Counted from the stretch's first letter, positions 7,373-16,367 are shown. The stretch is 32,000 nucleotides of DNA from an uncultured bacterium (GCA_965112635.1 OZ218778.1:1796404-1828403); one strand, 5' to 3'. Made by a program: numbers and translations. Notes: generated by a model not told the origin, from the sequence alone.

Positions 7373-8740
7373 ATGGACCTTTTTGACAAGGAAGCCTTTA
7401 TAAACAAAAACCCAGCCCGAGAACTTATCCCATCCAAGGACGCCCCATTAGCGAAAAGAATCTGTCCGGTGGATTTGGCTGACCTAGTGGGACAACCCCA
7501 TTTGCTGGGGGAAGGCAAATTACTTCGCAGGCTTATCGAGTCAGACCGCCTCGTCTCCATCATCCTTTATGGACCTCCGGGCACAGGAAAGACCGCATTG
7601 TGTAACGTGATTGCGCACAGGACCGGCGCTTACGTAGAACGGCTCAACGCCACTTTGGCGGGTGTTGAGGAGGTGCGGAACATTATCAGGGCCGCCAAAG
7701 AGCGGGCCCAATACTCATCTCAAAGAACCATCCTGTTCGTCGATGAAATACACCGTTTTAATAAAGCCCAGCAGGACGCTTTTTTGCCTGATGTCGAAGG
7801 AGGCACTATTATTCTGCTGGGTTGCACGACCCAAAACCCATTTTTTTCGATCAACCCGGCCTTACTTTCGAGGTCTCAGATATTTGAGTTCAAACCACTG
7901 TCAGAGGGCGAGCTTAGATCCATCATTCAAAAAGCCTTAAGAGACAAAGAGAATGGGCTGGGAAATCTCAATATCAAGATCCAAGAGGAAGCGATACGGC
8001 ATTTGCTAACCGGAACAGAAGGGGACGCCAGACAATTGTTAAACGCCTTGGAGGTAGGTACCCTGACGACTGATCCTGACAAGGATGGACGGATTTATAT
8101 AACAGTGGCCGTGGCCGAGGAGTGCCTTCAGAAGAAAAGGGTGATCTATGACAGCAATGAGGACTCACATTACGACACCATCTCGGCCTTTATTAAAAGT
8201 TTGAGAGGTTCTGATCCGGACGCTGCCTTGTATTGGATGGCGAAGATGCTTTATGCGGGCGAGGATCCCCGTTTTATAGCCAGGCGCCTGGTCATTGCCG
8301 CTGCCGAAGATGTGGGGAATGCCGATCCAAGAGCCTTGCAGGTAGCGACCGCGGCTTTTCAGGCCCTGGAGTGGATAGGACTTCCGGAGGCCAGGATCCC
8401 GTTGGCCCAAGCTGTCACCTACATCGCCTGTGCCCCCAAAAGCAATGCGTCATGCGTGGGGATTGATAGGGCCTGGAAAGATGTTTCTGAAAAGCCCCTA
8501 TTGTCGGTGCCCAATCATCTCAGGGATGCCCATTATAAAGGAGCGAAAAAATTGGGCAGAGGGGAGGGGTATATTTATCCCCATGAAGACCCCTTGGGTT
8601 ATGTTGAACAAAACTATTTGCCAGAGAAGAAAACGTATTATGTACCCAAAGAGGTCGGATATGAAAGTATCTTGAAAAAGAGATTAGAAGATATCAAGAA
8701 ATATACAAAATCGAAGAATAAACAGGAAGAAGTGAAATGA
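7373..8740 (+). CDS. rarA: Replication-associated recombination protein A (AAA+ ATPase RarA/MgsA); the track offers TTG at 7361
   Basis: Walker A GPPGTGKT, Walker [11 protein letters not shown], and the conserved C-terminal region [35 protein letters not shown] are present. The N-terminus MDLFD is typical. Confidence 0.9.
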   Translation: MDLFDKEAFINKNPARELIPSKDAPLAKRICPVDLADLVGQPHLLGEGKLLRRLIESDRLVSIILYGPPGTGKTALCNVIAHRTGAYVERLNATLAGVEEVRNIIRAAKERAQYSSQRTILFVDEIHRFNKAQQDAFLPDVEGGTIILLGCTTQNPFFSINPALLSRSQIFEFKPLSEGELRSIIQKALRDKENGLGNLNIKIQEEAIRHLLTGTEGDARQLLNALEVGTLTTDPDKDGRIYITVAVAEECLQKKRVIYDSNEDSHYDTISAFIKSLRGSDPDAALYWMAKMLYAGEDPRFIARRLVIAAAEDVGNADPRALQVATAAFQALEWIGLPEARIPLAQAVTYIACAPKSNASCVGIDRAWKDVSEKPLLSVPNHLRDAHYKGAKKLGRGEGYIYPHEDPLGYVEQNYLPEKKTYYVPKEVGYESILKKRLEDIKKYTKSKNKQEEVK

Positions 8741-9330
8741 CTAAAGAAAAGCTTAGACAAAAAATGCTGGCTCTTAGGTTAAATCAGATTCCTTTAACCA
8801 AGAAGCGCAAAAGCCTTCTTGTTTCCAAGAATTTATTCAGTCTTTCTTGTTACAGCGAGTCGCGGAATATCATGGTTTATTTTGATTTTAAGGGTGAAAT
8901 CAATACAGGTCTGATCATACAGGAAGCATTGAAAGAGGGTAAGAAAGTTCTTTTTCCAGATATAATCCCAAAAACAAGAAAACTAAATGTTTTTGAGTTG
9001 AGGAATTTTAAAAAAGGATTTAAAAAGGGCTATTTTGGCATTCCAGAACCTGTTCAAATGTCCAAAAGGGTTTTTCCGTATTCGAAGATAGATATTGTTT
9101 TAGTTCCCGGAATTGCTTTTGATTATAAGGGTTTCCGAATAGGTTTTGGAGGTGGTTATTACGACCGTTTTCTCAGATTATTACCCAAAAGAGCTATAAA
9201 AGTCGGGTTGGCTTATGACTGGCAATTGGTTCAAAGAGTTAGCCATGAAAAGCACGATATTTGTTTAGATTTATTAGTCACTAATGAGCAAATCGTTATT
9301 ATTAACAAGGCAATGCTAAAAAACCTTTAA
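8737..9330 (+). CDS. 5-formyltetrahydrofolate cyclo-ligase
   Basis: VPGIAFDYKGFRIGFGGGYYDRFL plus an N-terminal K..LR......R pattern. The ATGA overlap with the rarA stop suggests coupling. Confidence 0.85.
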   Translation: MTKEKLRQKMLALRLNQIPLTKKRKSLLVSKNLFSLSCYSESRNIMVYFDFKGEINTGLIIQEALKEGKKVLFPDIIPKTRKLNVFELRNFKKGFKKGYFGIPEPVQMSKRVFPYSKIDIVLVPGIAFDYKGFRIGFGGGYYDRFLRLLPKRAIKVGLAYDWQLVQRVSHEKHDICLDLLVTNEQIVIINKAMLKNL

Positions 9331-9344
9331 TTTCCTTGCAAAAG

Positions 9345-9372
9345 TTGACTTCACTAAGGTATTTGCTATAAT
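9345..9372 (+). promoter_or_regulatory. Promoter with extended -10 (TTGACT-16 nt-TGcTATAAT) for hup
   Basis: TTGACT at 9345-9350 and TGCTATAAT ending at 9372. Confidence 0.55.
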
Positions 9373-9410
9373 TCACCATCATTTTCAAATTTAATAAAAG
9401 GGGAGGATAT

Positions 9411-9683
9411 ATGACTAAAAGTGAGTTGCACAAGAGTATCGCTGAGGATGTCAACCTCAAGAAAAGCGATATTCAAAGGGTGATGGAGTCCTTAAATAAG
9501 CATATCTACAATACCCTTAAAAAAGAAAGGAAATGCAAATTAGACGGCCTGGGAATCTTTGCCGTTAAAGATAGAAAAGCCCGCCAAGCCAGAAATCCTA
9601 AAACGGGTGAAATCGTCAATGTTCCGGCCAAAACAGTTGTGAAATTCAGGGTTGGGAAAGACCTCAAAGCCGTAGTTCTTTAA
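9411..9683 (+). CDS. hup: DNA-binding protein HU
   Basis: A 90-aa protein with GLGIFAVKDRKARQARNPKTGEIVNVPAKTVVKFRVGKDLK, the HU/IHF beta-arm signature. GGGGAGGA lies upstream. Confidence 0.9.
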   Translation: MTKSELHKSIAEDVNLKKSDIQRVMESLNKHIYNTLKKERKCKLDGLGIFAVKDRKARQARNPKTGEIVNVPAKTVVKFRVGKDLKAVVL

Positions 9684-9822
9684 TTAAATAGGCCTTGCCA
9701 ATTCAGAACTTTTAACAGCAAGTATTTTTGATCGTTTTTGGCTTAAGAATATTTATAAAAGTGAGGCAACTTTAAGAGGGACATTTGTCCATTTTTCTCA
9801 AAGTTGAATTTACAGCAAATTC

Positions 9823-9866
9823 ATAGCCCTATTTCCTGCTTGTCCTGGGAAATAGGGCTATTTTGT
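9823..9866 (+). terminator. Rho-independent terminator, 140 nt downstream of the hup stop
   Basis: A perfect 14-bp stem pairs ATAGCCCTATTTCC (9823-9836) with GGAAATAGGGCTAT (9848-9861), followed by TTTT. Confidence 0.6.
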
Positions 9867-9903
9867 AATAATTGATTGTAATTATTAGGAAAAGGGTATT
9901 CCT

Positions 9904-11031
9904 ATGGTCGAATTGAAGGAAACTTTAAATCAGGTTGAGCGGATTGTTATCAAAATTGGGTCTAGTTTACTGGCTAGCCATGAAGGCGGCCTGCACAAAA
10001 AATATATCCAGAATATTACAGACGATATATCAGCCCTGAAACAATCCTGTAAAGAAATTATCCTCGTTACTTCCGGGGCTATTGGTACAGGCATGGTGAG
10101 GCTGGGATTAACAAAAAGGCCTATCACTATCCCGGAAAAACAAGCGGTCGCTGCGGTTGGACAATGTTTGCTTATGAAAGAGTATGAAGAAGCTTTTAGA
10201 CAACATGGTTATTTTGTGGGGCAATTGCTTCTGACCGCAGAAGATCTTTCCGATCGCCAGCGATACGCCAACGCCAGGCAAACCCTGTTGACCCTTCTAG
10301 GCAAAGGCATTGTTCCCATCATTAACGAGAATGACACGGTGGCTGTTGACGAGATAAAGTTCGGGGACAACGACCGGCTTTCGGCCCTGGTGACCAATCT
10401 CGTTGGAGCCCATCTGCTTATCGTTCTTACGGATGTAGACGGATTTTATACCAGCGACCCCAGAAAGGACAAAAAAGCCTTGCCGATTCCCGTCGTGAAT
10501 AAGATTACCCCTGAGCTTATGGCCCAGGCCGGAGGGACTGGTTCTTCTCACGGGACCGGAGGGATGACCACAAAGCTTTTGGCTGCCCAAATCGTCAACC
10601 AAGCTGGGGTAGGAATGGTCATTGCCAACGGTTTGAAGCCAAAAATACTGTTAGAAATTTTCAGGGGAGAGAGGTGCGGGACCTTCTTTGCTCCAACTGG
10701 AGATCGCATGGCTGGCCGAAAAAGGTGGATCGCTTTTTCCAAGAAAACCTCAGGAACCCTCACGGTTGACGAGGGGGCCAAGGAGGTTTTACGCTTTAAG
10801 GGTAAAAGCCTACTCCCTTCAGGTATCGTGAAAATAGAGGGAGACTTTGGCTTTGGCGATGCAGTCAATATCGTTTCCACGGAAGGCAATATTTTTGCGG
10901 TCGGTATGGTTAAATACAGTTCTATGGAGTTGGAAAAAATCAAAGGCAAACAGACCAAGGACATCGCCGGGATCTTGGGGCAGAAATTTTATGATGAAGT
11001 TGTCCACAGGGACGATCTGGTTATTTTGTAG
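9904..11031 (+). CDS. proB: Glutamate 5-kinase (with C-terminal PUA domain)
   Basis: IVIKIGSSLL, VTSGAIG.G, NENDTVAVDEIKFGDNDRLSALV and GTGGMTTKL motifs are present, followed by a PUA-like C-terminus. Confidence 0.95.
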   Translation: MVELKETLNQVERIVIKIGSSLLASHEGGLHKKYIQNITDDISALKQSCKEIILVTSGAIGTGMVRLGLTKRPITIPEKQAVAAVGQCLLMKEYEEAFRQHGYFVGQLLLTAEDLSDRQRYANARQTLLTLLGKGIVPIINENDTVAVDEIKFGDNDRLSALVTNLVGAHLLIVLTDVDGFYTSDPRKDKKALPIPVVNKITPELMAQAGGTGSSHGTGGMTTKLLAAQIVNQAGVGMVIANGLKPKILLEIFRGERCGTFFAPTGDRMAGRKRWIAFSKKTSGTLTVDEGAKEVLRFKGKSLLPSGIVKIEGDFGFGDAVNIVSTEGNIFAVGMVKYSSMELEKIKGKQTKDIAGILGQKFYDEVVHRDDLVIL

Positions 11032-11080
11032 TTGGGAATTACACTCTTCCGGTGGTGGGTAAAATGATAAGGAATAATCC

Positions 11081-12340
11081 ATGACAGTTAAACAAATGGT
11101 TTTGAAAAGAGCCCAGGAGGCAAAGCAGGCCAGTCCGACCTTGGCCAAATTATCCAGTGGGGTAAAGAACAAAGTCCTTGCGGCCATGGCCGATGCGTTA
11201 GAGCACCAGAAGGGCAAGATCCTAGAAGCCAACCAGAAGGATATCAAGGCAGCCGTGGGCCGCAAGCTATCCAAAGCACTCATCGACCGCTTGACTCTAA
11301 ATAGCGAACGCATCAAGTCCATGGGCGAGAGTTTGATGACCATAAAGTCCCTGGCGGACCCTGTGGGGGAAATCGTAAAAATTTGGCGCCGGCCCAACGG
11401 GCTTCAAGTGGGGCGGATGAGGGTCCCTCTGGGGGTAGTCGGAATCGTTTATGAGTCCAGGCCTAACGTCACCGTGGACGTGGCTGGCCTGTGTTTAAAA
11501 TCAGGCAATGCCGTGGTCCTGAGAGGGGGTTCCGAAGCGTTTGGCAGCAATAAAGTCTTGGCCGAAATCCTCCAGGACGCCCTTAGAAAAGAAAATCTGC
11601 CGGCGGGCAGCGTCAGCTTTATCGAAAGCGTGGACCGCCAGGCTGTGGTGGAGATGCTCCGTCTGCGTTCTTTGATCGATGTGATCATCCCGCGGGGAGG
11701 CAGGCAACTTAATGATTTCGTTTCTACCCACAGCCTTGTACCGGTGATCCGCCACGACATCGGGAACTGCCACGTTTTTATCGACTCAGACGCGGACCTG
11801 GAAATGGCCGAAAAGATATCTTTTAACGCAAAAGTCCAGCGTCCCGGAGTTTGTAACGCCATGGAAACTCTTTTAGTCCACAAGAATATTGCCAAGAAGT
11901 TTTTGCCGAAAATGGTCAGAAAGTATCAACAGGCCGGAGTGGAGATCCGGGGCGATGATGCTGTCCGAAAATATTGCCGCGGGATCCAGCGAGCCACAGA
12001 GAAGGATTGGTACACGGAATATCTGGATCTCATTCTGGCGGTCAAGGTGGTCGCGAATATTGATGAGGCTATGGCCCATATCGCCAAATATGGTTCTAGC
12101 CATACGGAGGCTATTGTCACTCGGACCTATGAGCATGCCCAAAGGTTCCTGAGAGAGGTTGACTCAGCCTGCGTGATGGTCAATGCTTCCACCAGGTTTA
12201 CGGACGGCGGACAATTTGGCCTTGGTGCTGAAATGGGGATCAGCACCCAGAAGTTGCATGCCCGGGGGCCAATGGCCTTGGAAGAATTAACTTGTCTGAA
12301 ATACATAGTCTATGGGAACGGCCAGATCAGGGAGTCGTGA
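11081..12340 (+). CDS. proA: Gamma-glutamyl phosphate reductase
   Basis: VGIVYESRPNVTVD, NAVVLRGGSEA, CNAMETLLVH, HIAKYGSSHTEAIVT and NASTRFTDGGQFGLGAEMGISTQKLHARGPM are present. Confidence 0.95.
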   Translation: MTVKQMVLKRAQEAKQASPTLAKLSSGVKNKVLAAMADALEHQKGKILEANQKDIKAAVGRKLSKALIDRLTLNSERIKSMGESLMTIKSLADPVGEIVKIWRRPNGLQVGRMRVPLGVVGIVYESRPNVTVDVAGLCLKSGNAVVLRGGSEAFGSNKVLAEILQDALRKENLPAGSVSFIESVDRQAVVEMLRLRSLIDVIIPRGGRQLNDFVSTHSLVPVIRHDIGNCHVFIDSDADLEMAEKISFNAKVQRPGVCNAMETLLVHKNIAKKFLPKMVRKYQQAGVEIRGDDAVRKYCRGIQRATEKDWYTEYLDLILAVKVVANIDEAMAHIAKYGSSHTEAIVTRTYEHAQRFLREVDSACVMVNASTRFTDGGQFGLGAEMGISTQKLHARGPMALEELTCLKYIVYGNGQIRES

Positions 12341-12354
12341 CCGCAAAGGACAAT

Positions 12355-12981
12355 ATGATCAGTCACCGGGGATCCGTGGGGATATTTGGAGGGACATTCA
12401 ATCCAATCCATCTGGGCCATTTGCTGGTCGCCCAGGAAGTCAGGGAAAAATATGGTCTAAAACAGGTAGTTTTCATCCCTGTTTATTTGCCGCCCCATAA
12501 GAGCGCTAAGGGTGTCATTGAGCCCAAGCACCGTCTCAATATGATTAAAAAAGCCATCCAGGGTAACCCCTATTTTAAAGTTTCAAACGTGGAAATCGCC
12601 AGGAAAGGAAAGTCATATACTTTCGATACTATTCAATTTTTTCGGCGTCGCCTAGGGAAGGGTGCGCCGCTTTTCTTTATCACCGGTTCAGATGCCCTTA
12701 ATACCCTGCATCATTGGTATAAGATTGAGCAGCTGCTGGCGCTGTGCCAGTTCATTATTGTACCCAGGCCGGGGCATCCCATGCCTCCGGCGAAAAGGTT
12801 TCTCGCCCAGCGTTTATTTAGCAAGAAGATGCTGGAAAGGATCCATTACACCAAACTCAAAGTCGTGGATATCTCTTCATCTGAAATAAGAAGGATGGTC
12901 CGGGACAAGAGAGATGTTTCCTATCTTGTCTCAAAGCCGATCGCAGATTATATGAAGAGCCATCAGCTCTATAAAAATTAA
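12355..12981 (+). CDS. nadD: Nicotinate-nucleotide adenylyltransferase (the track's 12292 start would overlap proA; ATG 12355 follows AAAGGA)
   Basis: GIFGGTFNPIHLGHL (the HxGH motif), plus ISSSEIR near the C-terminus. An in-frame GTG at 12337 is an alternative start. Confidence 0.9.
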   Translation: MISHRGSVGIFGGTFNPIHLGHLLVAQEVREKYGLKQVVFIPVYLPPHKSAKGVIEPKHRLNMIKKAIQGNPYFKVSNVEIARKGKSYTFDTIQFFRRRLGKGAPLFFITGSDALNTLHHWYKIEQLLALCQFIIVPRPGHPMPPAKRFLAQRLFSKKMLERIHYTKLKVVDISSSEIRRMVRDKRDVSYLVSKPIADYMKSHQLYKN

Positions 12982-12991
12982 GTCAAGCGAG

Positions 12992-13360
12992 GTGATCGCC
13001 GTTAGAAGCAAGCCCGTCAATCAAGAATTGGTGACCACGGTCCTTAAAGCCACTGACGATAAGCAAGCCCATGATGTTGTGCTTTTAGATGTCAGAAAAT
13101 TGACCTATTTGACCGACTACCTGCTTATTTGCCATGGCCATGCCAGGACCCATATTCAAGCCATAGCCGATGAATTAAGGACCAAGCTCAAAGCGATGGG
13201 GCTGGGTTATGGGAGGATGGAGCGGGACAAGGGAGAAACCTGGATCCTGTTGGATTTTAACGAAATTATTTGCCATATTTTTTCAAAGGAAGCTAGGGAG
13301 TTCTATGCTCTGGAGAAGTTTTGGGATGAAGCTCATAAAATCAATGGTAGGATACATTAA
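12992..13360 (+). CDS. rsfS: Ribosomal silencing factor RsfS (Iojap family), GTG start
   Basis: DVVLLDVRKLTYLTDYLLICHG.......AIADEL and W.LLDFNEIICHIFSKEAREFYALEKFW are present. nadD-rsfS is a conserved gene pair. Confidence 0.9.
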   Translation: MIAVRSKPVNQELVTTVLKATDDKQAHDVVLLDVRKLTYLTDYLLICHGHARTHIQAIADELRTKLKAMGLGYGRMERDKGETWILLDFNEIICHIFSKEAREFYALEKFWDEAHKINGRIH

Positions 13361-14145
13361 TGAATTATGATTCTATTTTCAGGGGGTGGAGCATGAGGCA
13401 GATAAAGGTCGTATCCATATTTTTGTTGATGGCAGTCCTTTTAGGGGGGCTTGTCCCAGTATCCGTTTTTGGCAAGGATGAAGACACGAAGCGTGTAGCC
13501 ACAAATTTGTATGTCGTGGATATCCCTACTGCGAACACTTTATTAAGGGGCACTTATGATGCCTTTGCCAGGTTGTACGCTCCCGACGGCATTGTCGGTA
13601 GGTTTGTGATAGCCTTGAACGACCAGTTTCTTTTTGGTGGCGGTATCAACATGGAAAATATCATTGGTTCGGGGGATGTCCAGGCCCAAACTCCGCGTTT
13701 TATAGCTAAATGGAGAATTATTGCGGAGGATAAAAATATCCCTGCCTGCGCCATAGGTTATGATGGGTTGGGTTATGGTGACTATAATTCTGATTCTGGG
13801 GTTTGGCAGCACAAGCAAAAAGGTTTTTATGGCGCAGTGACCAAAGAGTTCAGTAGTTTTGGAATCTTCCAATTGACGTGTGGAATGAGCAGGGTGGATA
13901 GTCGTGTTTATGACCCCCAGCGGGATATCACGGCATTTGCGGGTCTGGCTGCGGCTATTATCAAAGAAGTAGCTCTAAATGTGGAATATGATGATTGGTT
14001 TAATACTCAGGGCGGAGAATTTAATGTCGGGCTTGGTTATAATTTTGACCCTGCCATGAAGCTGGAATTTGATCTCGAGGATATCGGAAGAGCCGGGGAT
14101 TCCCTGGAGCGCACTTTAAAGATCGAATATTGCAATTACATTTAG
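13360..14145 (+). CDS. Exported beta-rich hypothetical protein (the signal peptide begins at M12, so ATG 13393 is an alternative start)
   Basis: MRQIKVVSIFLLMAVLLGGLVPVSVFG is a classical signal peptide. The remainder is rich in alternating aromatic/Gly segments. No family was recognised. Confidence 0.55.
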   Translation: MNYDSIFRGWSMRQIKVVSIFLLMAVLLGGLVPVSVFGKDEDTKRVATNLYVVDIPTANTLLRGTYDAFARLYAPDGIVGRFVIALNDQFLFGGGINMENIIGSGDVQAQTPRFIAKWRIIAEDKNIPACAIGYDGLGYGDYNSDSGVWQHKQKGFYGAVTKEFSSFGIFQLTCGMSRVDSRVYDPQRDITAFAGLAAAIIKEVALNVEYDDWFNTQGGEFNVGLGYNFDPAMKLEFDLEDIGRAGDSLERTLKIEYCNYI

Positions 14146-14205
14146 TGGCGAGATTTTCCCATATTTACAACCATTCTTGCTCTTTTTGTATTTTTAGCTA
14201 CTTCG

Positions 14206-14234
14206 TTGACAAACGGTATTATGACAAGTAATAT
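14206..14234 (+). promoter_or_regulatory. Sigma70-like promoter (TTGACA-17 nt-TAATAT) heading the motor/envelope cluster
   Basis: TTGACA at 14206-14211, a 17-nt spacer, then TAATAT at 14229-14234. It lies in the 187-nt gap after the housekeeping block. Confidence 0.5.
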
Positions 14235-14332
14235 TCATTCAATACAGTAATTCATATTGTAAAATCAGCGTTTTCTGTTGTTTGGTTGAGTGCGTGGGGA
14301 AGTATTTTCCCTGAAAAAATAAAAAAGGGAAA

Positions 14333-14692
14333 GTGAAGGGCGTGAAAAAAGCTGATGAAATCAAAAGACCTCTGAGTTTTGCGACAGGCGAAAAACGAGA
14401 GGCCTTTAGTGCTTTGATCAGGCTTCTCCAAAATGGCGACTGTACTCCTGAAGAACTCACCAAGTATATACTTTCCCAAAAGCAATCTCAGGAACAATCC
14501 GAAGAAACAGAAATCCCCGCTTCCCGGACATTCCATTTTGGATCCGATTATAGGACTAAAGAGCGAGCCTTTACTCATTTTGAGCATATGCCCCGGATGG
14601 CCAAGCCAAAAGTTAATTATTTCAACTGGACGGTATTCTTCTTCTTTCTTTTCATGACCATCTTTATACTTCGCAATTTTATTTTTCGATGA
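14333..14692 (+). CDS. Small tail-anchored membrane protein, unknown function (GTG start)
   Basis: A soluble N-terminal ~95 aa is followed by one C-terminal TM (WTVFFFFLFMTIFILRNFIF). Its stop TGA (14690-14692) overlaps the SD GAGGA of the next gene. It competes with an antisense 181-aa ORF, which I reject. Confidence 0.4.
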   Translation: MKGVKKADEIKRPLSFATGEKREAFSALIRLLQNGDCTPEELTKYILSQKQSQEQSEETEIPASRTFHFGSDYRTKERAFTHFEHMPRMAKPKVNYFNWTVFFFFLFMTIFILRNFIFR

Positions 14693-14702
14693 GGATAAAA
14701 CA

Positions 14703-16367
14703 GTGAGCTTTATCAAAGATTGTGACAACTGGCTGCGCTTGGGAAAAATGCTTACAGGCTGGTTGTTGTTTGTGAGCATTTTCTTTATGACCAGCATCTA
14801 CGCTTTGGACTTAACCCATGGTGACCTGTTGGTCGGAAAGTTGCAATATGAAAGGGAATTAGAAAGAAGGATACAGTCCATATTGATCTCCACGGTTGGT
14901 CCTCAAAAGGCGAAAGTTTCGGTGACCCTGGAGGTCAACAGCGAAGTCGTCTCCAGCAAGGAGGAAACAATCCATTCCGAGACCACCAGCCAGACCATTG
15001 TATTGAGCAACGGCATCCAAGAGGAGAACTTTGACAATCCTGAGGCGGGGACGGGTGGTCCAGGCAAGGAAGGCAGCGCCAATCAGGCTAGCAGCAATGT
15101 CTTGGAAGAAACCCGGACCACCAAAGAAACCTTGTCGATGCCTTCCAATTTGATCAAAAAGCTGTCTATCTCTTTGTTGATCAGCGACAAGGTCCCTGAT
15201 GCTCTTATCGAAAAAGCCAAGACCATCATTATGGAAGCAGTCAGTTTTAATGCCGACAGGGGGGACCAGCTATCTTTACAAAAGGTCACCTTTATTTCCG
15301 GTGCCGCAGGGGAGATGGAGCAGATCCAGGACCAAAAACAGACAGCGGATTTCTGGCTTGCTTTAACCCGGTATGCCTTGAGCTTGATCTTGGGGGTCGC
15401 TTTCCTTTTGTTTTTGTTCAGTTTGTTAAATACTTTCCGTACCCTGAAACAGGCTGAGATCAATGTGTCCGCTCAGGCCATAGCCGCCAAGGCAGCCCCT
15501 GCCGAAGGCGAGGTCGCAGGACCGGCCGGGGCCACGGCGATCCCGGCTGCGGGATTTGCTGCCGTAGGTGTCCCCGGCACAATGCTTCCCGGGATGCCTA
15601 TGGGAATGCCTGGAACGATCACGGTTGGACCCCAGCGCTTCGCTTTCCTCCAGGAGAAGAATTCCAGGGCTCTTCTGCATTTGATCCAAAAAGAGCCGAT
15701 CCAAACTATTGCTTTAGTGCTTTCCTATATTACCCCAGAGCAGGCAGCCGGGATCTTGCAGTCCCTCCCAGGGGAGATCCAAAGCCAGGTCGCCTCTAGG
15801 ATCTCTACGATCAGTGAAATGTCACCGACGGAAGTGAACAGAATCGAGCAGGATATCAAAGAGAAGATCGATTATGTGGTGGGGGGCAGGGATTCCCTGG
15901 TCAATATCATCCAGAGCATGGGTCCCGATGGAATGAAGGCTATCATCGGCAATCTTGACAGGAGCAATCCAAAGCTGGCCGGTGAATTGAGGCCTTCACT
16001 ATTTACTTTCGATGATGTCCTCCTGTTGGATAGTTTTGCGATCCAGCAAGTTGTCAGGCAACTGAGCATTCCGGAACTGGCCATCGCTTTAAAAAATGCC
16101 AGCGAAGAGATAAAGAACAAGGTTTTTGGGGCCTTGGCTGAGGGTGCCGCCCAGTTGCTCAGGCAGGAACTGGAGTTGATGAGGCCGCTGCCCGCTCGGC
16201 GCTATATAGAAGCGCAGCGTAAATTTATTCAGGCGGTAAGGATACTTGAACAACAGGGCGTAATCTTTGTGCAGAGAGAAGAATCGACTCCTTCCTCAGT
16301 CGGCGGCAACGACCTGGGTGGTGGGCCTGGTTTAGGGCCCGATTCTCCTTTGGCGCCGATGACCTAG
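14703..16367 (+). CDS. FliF-like (YscJ/FliF ring-building, 2 TM) protein fused to FliG middle and C-terminal domains
   Basis: GTG lies 7 nt after GAGGA.
- TM1 is at ~14748-14807.
- Periplasmic region: YERELERRIQSIL..VGPQKAKVSVTLEV and KKLSISLLISDKVP...IIMEAVSFNADRGDQLSLQKVTF, the FliF/YscJ RBM pattern.
- TM2 is at 15351-15428.
- An Ala/Pro/Gly-rich linker runs over ~15470-15640.
- FliG_M-like region: KEPIQTIALVLSYITPEQAAGILQSLPGEIQSQVASRI...VVGGRDSLVNIIQSM (from 15690).
- FliG_C-like region: LFTFDDVLLLDSFAIQQVVRQLSIPELAIALKNASEEIKNKVFGALAEGAAQLLRQELELMRPLP..YIEAQRKFIQAVRILEQQGVI (15999-16270).
- The protein ends in a Gly/Pro-rich tail. Confidence 0.75.
   Translation: MSFIKDCDNWLRLGKMLTGWLLFVSIFFMTSIYALDLTHGDLLVGKLQYERELERRIQSILISTVGPQKAKVSVTLEVNSEVVSSKEETIHSETTSQTIVLSNGIQEENFDNPEAGTGGPGKEGSANQASSNVLEETRTTKETLSMPSNLIKKLSISLLISDKVPDALIEKAKTIIMEAVSFNADRGDQLSLQKVTFISGAAGEMEQIQDQKQTADFWLALTRYALSLILGVAFLLFLFSLLNTFRTLKQAEINVSAQAIAAKAAPAEGEVAGPAGATAIPAAGFAAVGVPGTMLPGMPMGMPGTITVGPQRFAFLQEKNSRALLHLIQKEPIQTIALVLSYITPEQAAGILQSLPGEIQSQVASRISTISEMSPTEVNRIEQDIKEKIDYVVGGRDSLVNIIQSMGPDGMKAIIGNLDRSNPKLAGELRPSLFTFDDVLLLDSFAIQQVVRQLSIPELAIALKNASEEIKNKVFGALAEGAAQLLRQELELMRPLPARRYIEAQRKFIQAVRILEQQGVIFVQREESTPSSVGGNDLGGGPGLGPDSPLAPMT

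Noticed and set aside
7662-8675. Alternative-frame + strand ORFs of 92, 77 and 81 aa inside rarA.
   Set aside because: They are embedded in the rarA reading frame, which carries Walker A/B and the conserved C-terminal motifs. The alternative frames are Arg/Pro/Cys-rich with no start context.
10819-11397. A 192-aa minus-strand ORF spanning the proB-proA junction, plus other antisense ORFs in proB, proA, pheS, pheT and rarA.
   Set aside because: They sit opposite strongly conserved housekeeping genes. They are typical shadow ORFs with no motif content.
14252-14797. A 181-aa minus-strand ORF opposite the small membrane protein gene and the start of the FliF/FliG-like gene.
   Set aside because: It runs against the promoter at 14206-14234, overlaps the well-supported GTG and SD of the rotor gene, and has no recognisable motifs. 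I therefore preferred the + strand ORF, with low confidence.
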